Shown here in pieces: positions 1 to 13,344 of a stretch of 64,000 nt of DNA. Position 1 is the stretch's first letter; each line of letters opens with the position of its first letter. The position numbers were made by a program, and so were the translations under genes. Source of the DNA: Zancudomyces culisetae HAW-14-8 (lineage: Eukaryota; Fungi; Kickxellomycota); assembly GCA_052426225.1 (NCBI GenBank), contig JBNJNM010000021.1:2294001-2358000 (forward strand), written 5' to 3'. The notes beneath the pieces are model-generated. The model made no database searches and was not told where the DNA came from. It saw nothing but the letters and a program-made list of their open reading frames with translations.

Positions 1-403
1 AGGATTCTACGTCTTCACCTTCCTCCTGTCTTATCTCCTGCATTTCATTCCATGCTTTGTACTCTTCTTCCTCACCTGCGAACTTCTCATTAAACTTCTG
101 CTTAGTATCCTCCCATGATGCAAAGGATGTATACATTCTATCATACCATGTTCTTGCTTTTCCGACTACGTAATTCTCAAGCTTTTCAATCTTATTTCCA
201 TCACTCCATCCATTGTTTATTGCTGCCATCTCATATCTTTTTAACCACTTTTTAGGTTCAAGTTCTTCGAGCGGGTTAAACTTCTCTGGCTCCATAGTCA
301 CTCTTTGCATGTTACAGAGTTGCTGTAATATCATGCTGTCCATACTTTTTTTTTCTTCAGAAATAGCCATTCTAGGCTTTGCCTTGGGTTCTGGTATTGT
401 CAT
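1..403 (-). CDS. Gag (capsid N-terminal part) of a Ty3/gypsy-like LTR retrotransposon; runs off the window edge
   Basis: Open frame from ATG at 403: MTIPEPK...PEKFNPLEELEPKKWLKRYEMAAINNGWSD...VGKARTWY...SWEDTKQKFNEKF, a typical retrotransposon capsid pattern. It follows an LTR and a PBS. Confidence 0.85.
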   Translation of the reverse strand, partial: MTIPEPKAKPRMAISEEKKSMDSMILQQLCNMQRVTMEPEKFNPLEELEPKKWLKRYEMAAINNGWSDGNKIEKLENYVVGKARTWYDRMYTSFASWEDTKQKFNEKFAGEEEEYKAWNEMQEIRQEEGEDVES

Positions 404-465
404 AATATGTTATAGTAATTTAAACTATTATTTTATTTTATTATTTATCCTTTAGACTAACAAAA

Positions 466-485
466 GAGTCCTGGCTGGATCACCA
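466..485 (-). promoter_or_regulatory. Primer-binding site (PBS), complementary to a tRNA 3' end, possibly tRNA-Arg
   Basis: Minus strand TGGTGATCCAGCCAGGACTC, 5 nt after the LTR. The plus strand reads GAGTCCTGGCTGGATCACCA, like a tRNA T-arm, acceptor strand and CCA. Confidence 0.8.
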
Positions 486-490
486 TATTC

Positions 491-876
491 TGTCGTATGT
501 TTTTAAAACTTTTATTATAATTTATATACTACAGTACGACGAGGCTGAGTATATATTAATTTTGGCTCGGTACTCTTTTATAGTCTTTTAGTATAAATTG
601 TTTTATTTAATAATATATAAACGCTATGATTTTGAGTGAATTTCGAACAAGATTCCTTAGAATCTTGTTTCGTCGTATTTAAAGGTTTTTTCCTAAAATA
701 GTTTATACTATTATGAAAGTATTAATATATAAACATAGTAATAAAATATAAAATATAGACAACGTTGAACCACTAATTGTAGCAAAAACCACAATGGTGA
801 AAAGGCCACTTTAGGACAATGGTTCAACGTTGGTCCTTTCTTAGCGTGTGTGTAAGTATTATAAACACACACGACA
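491..876 (-). mobile_element. 5' LTR (386 bp) of a Ty3/gypsy element, head-to-head with tRNA-Gly
   Basis: Terminal inverted repeats TGTCGTATGT / ACACACGACA (9/10 match), adjacent PBS and gag. It ends 7 bp upstream of tRNA-Gly. Confidence 0.85.
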
Positions 877-883
877 AAAATAA

Positions 884-954
884 GCGTTAGTAGTATAGCG
901 GTAGAATAGTTGCCTTCCAAGCAATTGGCCCGGGTTCGACTCCCGGCTGACGCA
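884..954 (+). tRNA. tRNA-Gly(TCC)
   Basis: GCGTTAG...CTGACGCA acceptor stem, anticodon arm GTTGC-CTTCCAA-GCAAT, T-loop GGTTCGACTCC, T-run terminator downstream. Confidence 0.95.
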
Positions 955-1364
955 ATATTTTTTGTTTAATTGCTATTTTTGCAATGTAATGCTTGCTTTG
1001 TGCCATTACACTACATGTCCATTATCACTATATATGTTTGTTGCTTTCATAACACATTATATTTCCAACTGTCAGTCTTGTTGGTTTACACATGTTAGCA
1101 ATTACTTATTTTATGCTGAGTATCTTATTTTGTTTTTTAGCCCCTTTATTTTTTATGACATTGCTTATTTTCTATTGGTATTTCTAAAAATATTGGAGAT
1201 TAATATAATATTTATTTTTGGTGTTATGTATTGCAGTTTATTACACATTTCATTATGGTACTTTTTTAATTTGCAAACTATTAAAGTACGACAAGGGTCA
1301 TATATCTTAGATACATAACTAAATAAAACTATTAAAAATATATACACTCCTAAAGTTATAATAA

Positions 1365-2477
1365 ATGTGGAAAGTTTTCGCAAAACCCCCGACCCCAGAG
1401 GAAACGGTAATGAATTTGGATGCTGTTTTATTATTACTTTGGTTTATTGTGTTTGTATTCAATTTATACCTTTACTTTTACAAACAAATTTCTTTGCTGT
1501 ATAAATTTTATGTCCATCTTCAATTCCTGTGCAAGTAATTAGTATACGAACTACACAATTGTGATACTGAATAGGTTCGAAAATTAAGAAGCGATTTAAG
1601 AAAGGAGGAACGAGATCTGAACAGACAAATTAGCCGAATCGAGGCACAGGAAGCAAAGACAAGAGTATCAATTAAAGAGCTAGCTAGAAAAAATGAACTA
1701 AATCTGTGTAAAACACTGGCAAAAGAACTGTGTAAGAGCAAAAGACAAAAGGACAGAATCATCACATCCAAAGCACAACTAAATAGCTTATCGATGGAAC
1801 TGCAAAGAAGCTTAGCTCTGAAAAAGGTGTCAGGATCACTCCAAAAGAGTGTACATGTTATGAAAGTTATGAACAATCTTGTCAGAGTTCCAGAAATAGA
1901 AATGGCCATGCAAGAAATGTCGAAAGAGATGCTCAAAGTACGTTTTCTTATTACAAACTATTTCTTTACCTTTACTTTTAATAATTTTCATATTTCATAC
2001 AATTTTCTATCAAAATCGTATGCATCGTTTTTTTATTGAATGTTAATTTCCAACTTTTGATGTTTTGTATCAATTTTTAGGCTGGGCTGATTGACGAAAT
2101 GGTCAACGATACTCTTGAGATGTACGAAGATGTCGAAATAGATGAGGAGGCAGAGGAGGAGGTTGAAAAGGTGTTGCTAGAGATAACAAAAGGTAGTCTA
2201 GCACAGCAATACCGCTATATTTTTGCTGCTAAACAACAAAATCTAAAACTAAATGCTTGTGTAAAATGCTTTTTAGGTGTCTTGGGTGGCATTAAGGAGG
2301 CCAAACCATCAAAGGTAAAACTATTTCTTATATATAATCCAAAAAGTGTATCTTGTAATTCCTTTTATGTATACGTAGGAACGGGAAATACAAAAGGAGC
2401 AGGAAGAGGTATCAGAGGAAGAAGAGAACATAGATTTAGACGAAATGAGAAACAGACTTTCGGCACTAAAGGGCTAG
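1365..2477 (+). CDS. VPS24: ESCRT-III subunit Vps24/CHMP3 (5 exons)
   Basis: Spliced exons (1365-1406, 1575-1937, 2081-2192, ~2277-2314, ~2379-2477, GT-AG) give MWKVFAKPPTPEET-VRKLRSDLRKEERDLNRQI...SKAQLNSLSMELQ...MQEMSKEMLKAGLIDEMVNDTL...DEMRNRLSALKG. Confidence 0.9.
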
Positions 2478-2816
2478 TTTTTTTCTTAACCTCGCATTTG
2501 CGAATTGTTTCCATTATTACTAATATCATTGCTATTACTGCTTTTTTTGCACCCGAGGGCCCAATACCAAACTAGCAAATCTAAACCAAATAAATGTACA
2601 CTATATATCCACTACTAAACGATATAGCTCAAAAGAGCCAACTTGATGCTTTGAATCTACTGGTATCAGTGATTGAAGTGTTGGATAATACATTTTATTT
2701 ACTACAATCCACCCTTTTCGCTTTAATTGACCTTTTACACAGGGTATAATAGCTTTGTTATTGCTATCATTTGTAAACCCACAGTAAGATATACGAGGTT
2801 TTGAGATGCTGTTAAC

Positions 2817-3707
2817 CTATTGGATGTATCTACTCATAAACTTTTTATGAAAATCACTTCTTAACATGTCGTTAATAAATCGCTTTTTAGGATTTAGATC
2901 CACGCCTCGGGCTTGGTTTTTGAATACAACATCGTCATCCCAGCGTCTTTTGACTTCAAAATCCATATCTTCATTTAGAAGAGGGTTTCCTGTCAAATAT
3001 TCGTCGTTTCTTTTGCTTAATTCTTCCTCTTCCTCCTCAAGTTCTCGCTTTTTTCTCTCTCTTTCTCGTTCTTTTTTAATTTTTTCCAATTCTCTCATTA
3101 GCTGTTCAGTCTCATCCTCAGATTCACTTTCATCGCTATTTAGCATATCATTATAAATAATTTTAAGAGATGGTTAAAGACAAATATTCAATTTCAAATG
3201 CTCATTATAACCGAGCAAGTGTTTCCAATACATGTGCTTCCACAAAAAATGAAAATACCTTTGATCGCTGCTATTTTCTTCCGATTGTTCACCTCCTTCG
3301 TCCTCATCTTCTTTTTCACTTTCATGCCCGTGTTCGTGCTCATCTTCATATCCAGCTCCATCATCGCTCCTGTTTTCATTTTCCATTGATTGCAGATATT
3401 CAATGTATTCGATTTTTTTGCTCTCATCTTCGAGGTTGCCCGCTTTTCTGAGCTGCAAAATATTCTCACTGCCATCAACTCCTTGAAGTAACTGGGCACG
3501 TATTTTTTCAACATGCTGCCTTTCAGCTTTGAGAAGTTGTTCTCTTAAAATTGATTCATCGATTCCATCCACATCTCCACCCTGGCCGGGCTGTCTATAT
3601 TTTAGTTTTTTATGCGCAGGAAGATCCTTGGAGCTAAGTTGTAGTGTAGGTGCCGATGAATCCTTACCTCTTGCGGGATCGAATGTTGGCCTTGCTGCTG
3701 TAGTCAT
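2817..3707 (-). CDS. CWC15: Pre-mRNA splicing factor Cwc15/Cwf15 (2 exons)
   Basis: N-terminal [14 protein letters not shown]...[14 protein letters not shown] and C-terminal [16 protein letters not shown]...[15 protein letters not shown] signatures, joined by a GT-AG intron at ~3137-3258. Confidence 0.95.
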
Positions 3708-4283
3708 TTTTATACTATATTTGGATTTATATTCTGGTTATTTCACCTTTGTGGGAAATTATATCATGTAATAGTAATTATTTATTTGAACCTGTAATTC
3801 CTGGTTTTGAAAAAAAAAAAAAACTACCAACAAAATTTTTTAGCAAATCCAGAACAGAGTACTTGGGATTTGCCAATTGTTGTGCTCCGACTTTCGGGTA
3901 AAAATATCGCAAGTCCACCAAGCTCAACATATATTAGAAAGCTTTCAATAATTGGCAAAAAAAAAAGAAACCACTAGCAAAGCTCCCCTTGATGTATAAA
4001 GTAAAACTATTTAAACACATCATTTTTCTTTTCTCGGCCAAACCAAGGCTAGTCTTTTCTAATCAAAGCTATAAAAACTGCATATTTAGTCCCATGATTG
4101 TTTTTTCTCTACCATAGTAATAAGTAATCAGGTATATGACATTTATTGAGTATGTTAAGCAGGTAACGTTTTAAATACCATACCTGACGGCGTATAAAAG
4201 CTAGGTGCTAAAAAAAATACACAAAAGATAAGGTAAACGTTTATTCATCACAGGAGCTGCCTTTTCTATATGGTACATCTCAA

Positions 4284-5996
4284 TTAATGTAGCTTCCAAA
4301 GCAAAGGATCACAAATGTTTGAAGTGTCTTCATAGATGCCACCTATTTTCGTTTCAAACGAGTTCAGCGACAATGAGTTTGAGATATCGTTTATTTTTTC
4401 TTCATTTTTGTGACCTATGGTGTTCCCTAATTTCTCATACAACTCGTTCAGATACTCGTTTCCATTCAGGTCACTGATCTCGAAGGGGTTCGATGAGCTA
4501 TCGTTGGACGTGGTTGAGTCATTCATGGACGAGAATTGATTCATAGCGCCTCCGTTTTCAATATCACTAAGCACATTATGATTTTGGTTTGCGTTTCTAA
4601 AATCCTCTTTTACTGCCCACATGGTGTTGGTACGTCCAGTGTTGTCAGAACCGCGTGCTTGCCCACCTACACTCAAAGAAAGGTCAGGATTTCCTGTCCC
4701 AGGAGTTTCGATTCTGCTGGAAACGCTGCTACCTCCAGTGCTTGAGAGAACAGACCCATTTGCCTTTGTCTGACCTAATAGATTCATCAAACCTTGATTT
4801 TTCTGGGTATTGATCACTGAAGTATTTGTAGCAGTCCCATGCTTATCGCTTTTCACCATCTCTGTTTTAATTATATTTCTGATCTTAGTCTTCAGCTCAT
4901 CGTTTTGACTATTTACCAGGTTCTGCGAGTCCAAGCAATTGTTTAAAAACTTAATGTACTCTTCAGGACGGGTAGAAAGAGCTTTTACGGCCGAGTCAGA
5001 AGCAGCTCGCTTTTTATTTTCGTTCAAAGTTGAAAGGTAGTGAGTTTCGTAAAAATCCCTTTCAGCCACAGAACCCGAATTTCGACTGTATCTGGGAGAA
5101 CTGTTGGTATTTGTTCCGGTCTGTTTATAAGCGTATGTACCGCTTATTACAGAGTTTGACTCGATGTTTGACGACGGACTCGACAAACTGCACATACTTG
5201 CCAGTGTATTTACTTTTAAAGCACAACCGCCAGCACCCCCGTTGATACCCAGGGTATCATTCCGAACAAAAGTGTTGCTTCCAATACCGTTAATTTGAGA
5301 CATCTTTGCATTCTGACAATTTAGCTGCAAAAGATCAACATTACTCCCTCTCGGTAGCATGTTGCTATTTCCACTCATACTGTAGTTATCAAGAGTTGGT
5401 GGCATACCAACAATGCTACTTTTAGTGCTACCTACATTAAAACCTGGTACAAATTCTCCAACATGCTGGAGCTGACTCAGTGAAATTGGATTAACTCCAG
5501 TGGCAGACATCCGGTGTAGGGCGGTGCCATCTGGTTGAGGTATACCACTTAACCCAGCAAAGGTGGAATTTCTTGTGTTGATGCTCTCTCGGTGTCCCAT
5601 ATCTGCCCAGTTTCCTAATATTTTTTGTGTAAACGCTGGTTCGCTCTTTTTCAAAATAGTTTGGAAGCCATTAAACCTGCCCTTTTTCTTGCTTTCCGTT
5701 GCTTGTGGACTTTTTGGCACATCGACATTTGTATAAAACTGAGCACACTCGGTATTGGTGAATTTTTCCCTTTTTCCTTTGTAGTCCTTGAACCTGTCAA
5801 GCATTTTGTCAATATCTGATGTCGAGTACTGTACTAGCCCTTCCTCATCATTAAATATTATAAGAGATATATCGCAACCACACAGAGTGCTTAGCTCGTA
5901 TGCCTTCTTTAACAGCCCTGATTTACGCTTAAAATATGTAACCTGCCTATTCCTATCATTAGATATTTTCTGGATGCGAATCTTTTTTCTACCCAT
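4284..5996 (-). CDS. MEF2-type MADS-box transcription factor (Rlm1/Smp1-like)
   Basis: MGRKKIRIQKISNDRNRQVTYFKRKSGLLKKAYELSTLCGCDISLIIF MADS box, then YSTSDIDKML and a long low-complexity tail. Confidence 0.9.
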   Translation of the reverse strand: MGRKKIRIQKISNDRNRQVTYFKRKSGLLKKAYELSTLCGCDISLIIFNDEEGLVQYSTSDIDKMLDRFKDYKGKREKFTNTECAQFYTNVDVPKSPQATESKKKGRFNGFQTILKKSEPAFTQKILGNWADMGHRESINTRNSTFAGLSGIPQPDGTALHRMSATGVNPISLSQLQHVGEFVPGFNVGSTKSSIVGMPPTLDNYSMSGNSNMLPRGSNVDLLQLNCQNAKMSQINGIGSNTFVRNDTLGINGGAGGCALKVNTLASMCSLSSPSSNIESNSVISGTYAYKQTGTNTNSSPRYSRNSGSVAERDFYETHYLSTLNENKKRAASDSAVKALSTRPEEYIKFLNNCLDSQNLVNSQNDELKTKIRNIIKTEMVKSDKHGTATNTSVINTQKNQGLMNLLGQTKANGSVLSSTGGSSVSSRIETPGTGNPDLSLSVGGQARGSDNTGRTNTMWAVKEDFRNANQNHNVLSDIENGGAMNQFSSMNDSTTSNDSSSNPFEISDLNGNEYLNELYEKLGNTIGHKNEEKINDISNSLSLNSFETKIGGIYEDTSNICDPLLWKLH

Positions 5997-8560
5997 TTTT
6001 AGTTGCGTACTCCACTTTTTTTTTGTTATAGTTTCTCTATCTTGTCAAGAACTGTAGAAATGTAAAGTGTTGATGTTGGAAAAAAAAAACTTTAATAAAG
6101 ATAGATAACTAACTGTACCGAAACTATTGAGTTGTGCGCTAAAAGTAAATACTCAAGCACCATATATCTAATACTCAGTATCTAATACCCAATATGTAAT
6201 ACCAATAGATAATGTAAAAACTATATCCTTGCTATTGTCACTCCTAAATTAATAAATCTACCTACCGTATTCAGTACTAATATGACAAAAAAAAAATAAT
6301 ACTTGTGTTTAATAAATGACTCGGATGGTGATATCGGTATATATACGTTTACGCGCAAATCCATTCCTTTGTACGAATCAACTAATATTAAGTAAAAATA
6401 CTATAAACATGTAATCATTAATATAACTCTAAAGTAACAACGTGCTAATACGCTTATCCATGTCGCGTAAATAAAGACAAACATTTAAGCTCAATGTTTA
6501 TGTCATGTTATGTATTTTTAAGCAAAATATGAGACTTATGTATTGATATAGCTCCGTTCCATCCTGAAAAGTGTTTTCTTATGTTTGGAAGGGTAACACC
6601 GCAGAGTTATAGAGCTTTATAAAATGTGATACTTCTTTGGTATGTTTGTTGCTCTGAACACATGAACGCATCTTCTAAAAATACTATTTCTATCTCTATT
6701 GGTTGACTAGGATATCTTGCTCTAGCTAACTCAATATTTGCGTGGTAACTCACCATTTACTATGATCTGTGCAAGCTTTGTATACATGTATACAAAAACA
6801 ATGTAACTGGATTATAATTAATCTTGAAAATAAACTCCGATTAGTTTACCTTCACAATAAAGTTGTGAAGGTAGCTAATAAACAATCGATTTTCGATATT
6901 TAGCTTTGGAAGGTGTGTTTTAACGTATTTTTTATTATCTCCTTTTTCACTTTAGATATTAAGCAGTACATTTTTTTCGTTTGTGTTAGAGGTCTGGGTG
7001 CGTATCATCACTAAGAATAACAATAAAGTACAAATTCAAGTCAACCTAAAGATAAAAAGGCTATGGGTATCTTGTAATCTGTTGGTGTTTACCACCAAAT
7101 AATACAATTGTTTGTAAACACGAACAGATAATGTAGCTAGCTATTTTAATCGCTTCCTTAGCAAAAGACTGGTGAAGAATAATGCACCAATTGACTATAT
7201 TATAAGAATATTTTATTGTTTATGATGGGGAAAATATTAGTCATCCCATTTGCACAATGGGTGTTTTATTGAGTCTACTTTACTCTTTGATGCTATACTA
7301 AATCGGAGAGCAACTTGCCAATGTTTGGAAAACTTGCTTTTATTCTTACTCTTATCTTCACATTTTTTTCTTCACCTATCCATTTTGTGGACAAAGGATG
7401 AGAACAAGGAGAGGAAGGAGAAAGGCTACTGAGTCAAACACAAGTAAATGAAAAAAATACAATCACAACAAAATATAATTTCCAGACCTTTGGGCTCATG
7501 GGAATTGGCTTTTTTTACAAAAGCAGAAAGTTGTCTTGCTGGTGGATCCTTTGAGCATTAATAACTGGTTTTTTGAAATAAAACACCATTATCTATTTAC
7601 AGCCAAGTATTCATAGCAGAAGTTGGAGAGGAAACGAACAGAAAAATCCATCATTTTTTGAAAGCATTGGTTAAACCAAGCGACTGTTCCGCTTTGGCCA
7701 ATACTGTTATTTATTTGAGTTTTAGTTTTGACGTATCAAGAGGCTTTATAAATTTCAATGCAAAACAAGAGAGTTGTGTTAAAGCGCATTTCCAAATATT
7801 AGCCATCAGTACAGGATGGGTTAGCTGATTCGTTTACAAGTTTCTGTTATACATAAGTATTGGATAAAATACAAAAAATGAAAACAGAGTAATGGCTTAA
7901 AGACTTTTAATCCGAAAGTGAATGCAGGTTGTTTTTAAAGAAAGTCAAAAAGCTAATCCACCTACAGCATCGGATATTAGTTGTGGCCTACGCTTGAGCT
8001 TTCGTTAATAATTCTCTCCTTGTAAAACCCATGTCAGTTGAAAAACATTATTAATTCGTGACACTGGTAGTGTCATAAAGCAGTAATTTGCTGGTGACAG
8101 AAATTTTAACTAGTGCTGGAGAAATGGGCTGGGCAATGCTTTTCGGTAGTTACCTGTATATTAGGCAACTAAACTAAAGATGCGAAAAGGGTTTTGGAAT
8201 AGTTTATATAATCATTAAACACAAAACGTACCAAGCATTTAGTAAGTTAAGTTACCGAAATGTTCTGAGTATAAACGTGGATGTGGAAATGCTACAAAAT
8301 TGATGTGGAAAAAGCCGAGCCTGCAAAGTATTAAGTTCTCAAAACGCACTACATTTTGAAAATAAACCTAAAGATGGAAACCTTCAATGGTTTGGGTGTC
8401 GAAATGCAGTAATTAGAGTTTTCCCCGTCTTTTTTTTTTGATTCACGTATTTGTTATTTTTCTATGTTCTTGGATTTAAACGAAATCCCAAATAACAAAA
8501 AAATCGATCAATATACTTTTTAAGGGCATGTATTGTACAATTTAACTATCATAATATCTG

Positions 8561-11500
8561 ATGAGTGAAAAGGTAAGCCCAAAGCCTCATTTAAAAACTC
8601 GCTACCTTTAACCGAAATATTATACTAGAACAATCTTTTCAAAAAAATAGAAAGATAGGCTGGAATTTAAGGAAATTGATCTGAAATCGAGCAGAGGGAG
8701 GAAAAGGGATGGAAAAATTAAAATTAAAAAGATAAAGGTGGATGGGGTCAAATGGAGGAAGGAAAATGAGACAATAGAAATAGCAAGCGGAGACGAGGAC
8801 AAAGATAACGAAGATATAGATATAGAAAATGAAGAGTTTAGCACAAGTGGTAAATTTAACGATATATTTTACACGAAACGAGATCTGTTAAAGGAATTTC
8901 AACTTTGGTAGATCTCAAAACATAAAAATAAGCGTTATGTAACATTCTTGGAACTATCTTATTCCTGGCATTATTAAAAAGAGAATGGTTTTATTGTCCT
9001 GTTTTATTCAAAATTATTGCGATTCAAATAGAAATGGAGAAAATAGAGAGCAAGGGATTAACAAGAAAAAGGATGAGCCAACATTTTAGAAATGAAAATG
9101 AGAACAAGCAATTTATTGTAAGATTTATATAAAACCTACTGCAGATGTTCGTATTATGACACTTTACCAAATCGAGAACAAAAAACTAATCGGAAAAAGC
9201 GCGACCACGCAAAAAATAAATAGAAACAAAGCATGGACTTGATTTCTTCGGACGATTCAATCTTTCAAAAACAACTCGACATTTTTGCAAGTCAAGAGGT
9301 ATGATTAGCCTATTTTTTGGGGCAGAAAAGAACTTTTTACTATGTACTGGTGTCAAAATATGAGTATCAATAATACTATAGAAACTACACGAACAAGAGT
9401 ATAATACAGGCCGAGATGTGGAGGGGGATGCGAGCTTCAAAAAGGGCATAAACGAAGCCAACAAAGAGGTGTGGTGGGTAGAGCTAAAGCCAAAATGCCG
9501 TGTAAGTCTAGTGTTTTTTTGTTCAGGTATAAAGCAAAGCAAAAAATAATGAGTAAAATGGCAGAATAAATCAATTTTTGACTTTTGAAATAAACAGAGC
9601 GATCTAGCAGTTCACACAAAAAAGATAGCACAGGTATATGAATGGATCGATAGAGCTATAAACAATTGCGAGCGATATCAAGTAGGTTAAAACGTTAGCT
9701 TGGTAATACAATGTGTTCTAACTGAAAACAACTACACAATAGAATTATAGATTACTAGTGCTAACAGGACCATCAGGAAGCGGCAAAACAGCGACTGTGC
9801 GGGCAATATGTGAGGAGATGCAGATAGAAATAGTGGAATGGGCAAACCCAAGTCAAACTAAACTCGAAAAAGACGAGTACAGCGATGGAGTATCCAAAAA
9901 GTTTGACGATTTCATCAAAAGGGCCAAGCAATATTCGCACCTAGCACTAACAACAGATATGTCAAGAGACGTAAAAAGCAACCCAAGACGATTAAAGCAG
10001 ATAATATTGGTGGAAGATTTTCCAAATATAAAACATAGGCTGTTAGCTTCAGTTTCAAAGTTTTTGAGTACACCAGCCACACAGTCATACCCTATGATAG
10101 TAATATACAGCGACACCGTATCATGTAACGATTGGTATGATTCAGCACCAGCAGAAGTTGACAACAACTCCAGCGTTTATTCGATTTTAGGGTCGCAGAT
10201 ATTGAATAGTACGTATTGTCAGAGAATTGGATTTAATCCTGTAGCTAATACACTTTTAAAAAAGCTTGCAGTACAGACATTAACACTGAAAACAACACAG
10301 CTAGCTTCAAACAATAATTCTTTAGAGGTAAAAGTGAAATTAGATAAAAGTGCAGAAACACAGCTTGGCGAAATTGTTGAAACCAGTGACGGGGACATCC
10401 GGTGTTTGTTGTCCAAGCTACAGCTCTTGTATGAAAAAATGTCTATACACAAAAGCAATTATCCTCAAAGAGGGGTTAGGAAACGCGGCACACTAATCAA
10501 TATTAAATCCTTTGACTACAATTCTACACTAAAGCAAAGCAGGAACTCTTCGTTGACTCTGTTTCATGCTTTGGGAAAAATTTTGTATTCCAAAGAATCT
10601 TGTAATCCCTATTATGTTCTCGACTGCTTACCCACTGACTTTGCTAACTTTACTGTCTACCTTTTTCAAAGTTTTCCCGAGTTTACAGACAGTATTGATG
10701 AATACTGTACAATAATTGATGACTTTAGCTGCTCTGACCTCTTAGACGCGTATAAAATCAATAGCACTGAGTTAAGGCCGTTTTTTCTGTATCTTGCTTG
10801 TCTGATTGTCACTCTGTCACTTACGACATCTAGATCCTCTATACACACTAAGTCTTCCATGTTCCAGTTTCAAAAACCAATGTTTTATTCTACTATGAAA
10901 TCCCAGAACTTGGTTCATTCCGAATTGTCGCTTTTGTCCTCCAAGTGTAATTCCTCTTTATTTACTTTGTATTTACTTATTCAAATACATCATGTATCGA
11001 CATCACTCTCCCTTTTTTTGTAGTACCTCACACTGGGCATAAATAAGAAGAATGGGATTTTTCATGTATTAATACTATTAGATCACCTCCAGCGCTCTTC
11101 TCTCCTAGACTATATTTCATATATTCCTAAAATATGCGGAACCAGACCCGGCTTTGCTTCTGCTTTCAATGGTAACTACTTTTATTTATCTATAATCTGT
11201 ATTTTTTCTTTATCTGGAAATAGTATTAGATGATTTCCACACCCAATACTATTATATGAGTATACTTTATATCATCGTGACGCTTTTAAAAAATTTGATT
11301 AAATTAAATCACCATTATACGCGTGATTAGGTGGTGACTTGGAAAAAATTCGTTGTCTTGCAGATTACAAGAATTCGGTATTTGATACTTTGTACAACAG
11401 CTCCACTTTTAATTTGCAAAAGCCTGGGCTTGCTCCTATCTCCTCCGAAACTCCACAACTACCTGGATTTCCTTCTTCCGAATTGTCTAACTCAATTTTT

Positions 11501-11569
11501 AGCAACCTTGCTGCTTTTCAAGAAAACGAATCTGAATTTTCTATTGATGAAATCGAATTTTCTGATTAA
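8561..11569 (+). CDS. RAD17: Checkpoint clamp loader Rad17/Rad24 (multi-exon; exon boundaries approximate)
   Basis: WWVELKP...DLAVHTKKI, Walker A LTGPSGSGKT, IILVEDFPN, IGFNPVA, SDGDIR and LFHALGKILYSK motifs across GT-AG exons. Confidence 0.85.
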
Positions 11570-12252
11570 TCCTACGCTACGCCACCCATGTAGTTTTTTT
11601 TTGTGGCTGTTCATAGAGATTTGGTTACTTAGCCACATTTTCTGGAAAAAATAAATGCGGATTTATGCTATTTTAGCTGGCATGATCTGTTATTTATTTG
11701 CGAAAAATGTAATGAAAGTTCGGTTATGTTGTTTTGATTTATAACTTTTAAATTTTATGCACATAAATATTAAGATTGAAATTTTATGATGCAAAGATTA
11801 ATACCATCGCATTTAGAAGAGAAATGGGTGAGTGTAGGCTTTAAATTATTTTGATAAAGAATGTAGGAATTCATAAAAAATTCACGCTCAGAATTGCAAC
11901 TATTAATACAAACACACGCTCCAATCTAGCCTGTTTTTATCAATTCACTCAAAGCTTTGTAATCATTTCCTACATTTAAACATTTCTATACATTATATAA
12001 TCATTAAACAAAAATCGGTGATCATTTGATATTTACTCAAGTAACAAGCTATTAATCACATTCATTTACTCATTCATATATTCATACATCCACATTACAT
12101 ACATACATACATAAATCTATCGGAACCGGCATCTTGTGGTAGTAGCATCAAAATAAGAAACTAATTAAAAGTATACCAGATAACTTTCTCAAAAAATCTT
12201 TTCTTCTCGCCCTTGTAAAACCGTTTTGTTTCACTTGAAACATCTTGTCACA

Positions 12253-13344
12253 ATGGGTAATCCAAATACAATAATTCCCGAAAACAACACCAATATAAAA
12301 GAAAACAGATGGAAAAGTTTTTTATATTGGGTTTTTTCGAAGAATGGGTAAGTAATGTTATACGGTAATATTTTATTTTTTTAGTATCAGTTAATCTTTT
12401 TTAAAGAGGGTATAAAAGGATATTGACCCCAAAAAGTTTAAATAATAAATTTCACAGATCGATACCTAAAAATGCAATCATTGTACAAAATGATCTCGAT
12501 AATCAAACTCAAGTCATAGCTAGGGGGTTATACAATGGAAACTATTATCCGGGAATTTGTGTGCTCGGCACTCAAAAGCAAACACAAAGCAAAACAACTG
12601 ACTTGATACCAGACACACGTGAAAGTAATGATATTTATAGCAGCGATGATAATAGTGAGGATAATACTGTTGTTCTCCAAACAAAAGCTAAGTATAATCA
12701 AATTGACAATGAACAAAAGGAAAACACGACAAAGGGATCCGAGACTTCAATGTACTGTACCAGCTTTTATATAGTTTACAACGATTCACCGATATTCATG
12801 AATAGTTACTATGTGCTTTGCGGCGACAATGAGTGTGTACTGTGGAATAAGCCTGATGTAAAAAAATCGCTCTCTTATTACAATACTCACCATGGCTCAT
12901 CCACTTCGCTAATTTCGATGATGTTAGGCCAAAATTCGGCGCTGGGTATCAATAGCAATGACAGCGGCGATGATCCTTATGGTTACAGTACTTTTAATTG
13001 CATTTATAGCGACGACACGTCTGTTCCGTTAAAGATCGGTTTTGATGATGTTGGAAATATGGTAAGACTTCACTAGAATCTAGAGTATTTTTAACCATGT
13101 TTTTTAATATTATCAAGTATTAAAACATGTTTAAGGGGTCTGATTGGTATGTTACTAATATTTATATGCCTATTACATTGTTTTGTAGCTCTACTTCGGC
13201 ACAACAAACTACAAAAACAAAAATGTGTTTGGAACTGCTTCGAGGATTGGCAATAACTTTGAATTGTCGTTTTATAATTTTGAACAAAAAAAGCTAGTAT
13301 GCACCGATAAAAATATCAAGCTACTGCATATCAAAAAGACATAA
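12253..13344 (+). CDS. DM9-repeat (DUF3421)-like protein (3 exons)
   Basis: IPKNAIIVQND...VIARGLYNGNYYPG and YYVLCG, then IGFDDVGNM-LYFGTT, resembling two DM9 repeats. Spliced frame closes at TAA 13344. Confidence 0.55.

Noticed and set aside
6000-8560. Long gene-free interval and its short ORFs
   Set aside because: No recognisable coding, repeat or RNA signal; consistent with the divergent promoter region of a transcription-factor gene.
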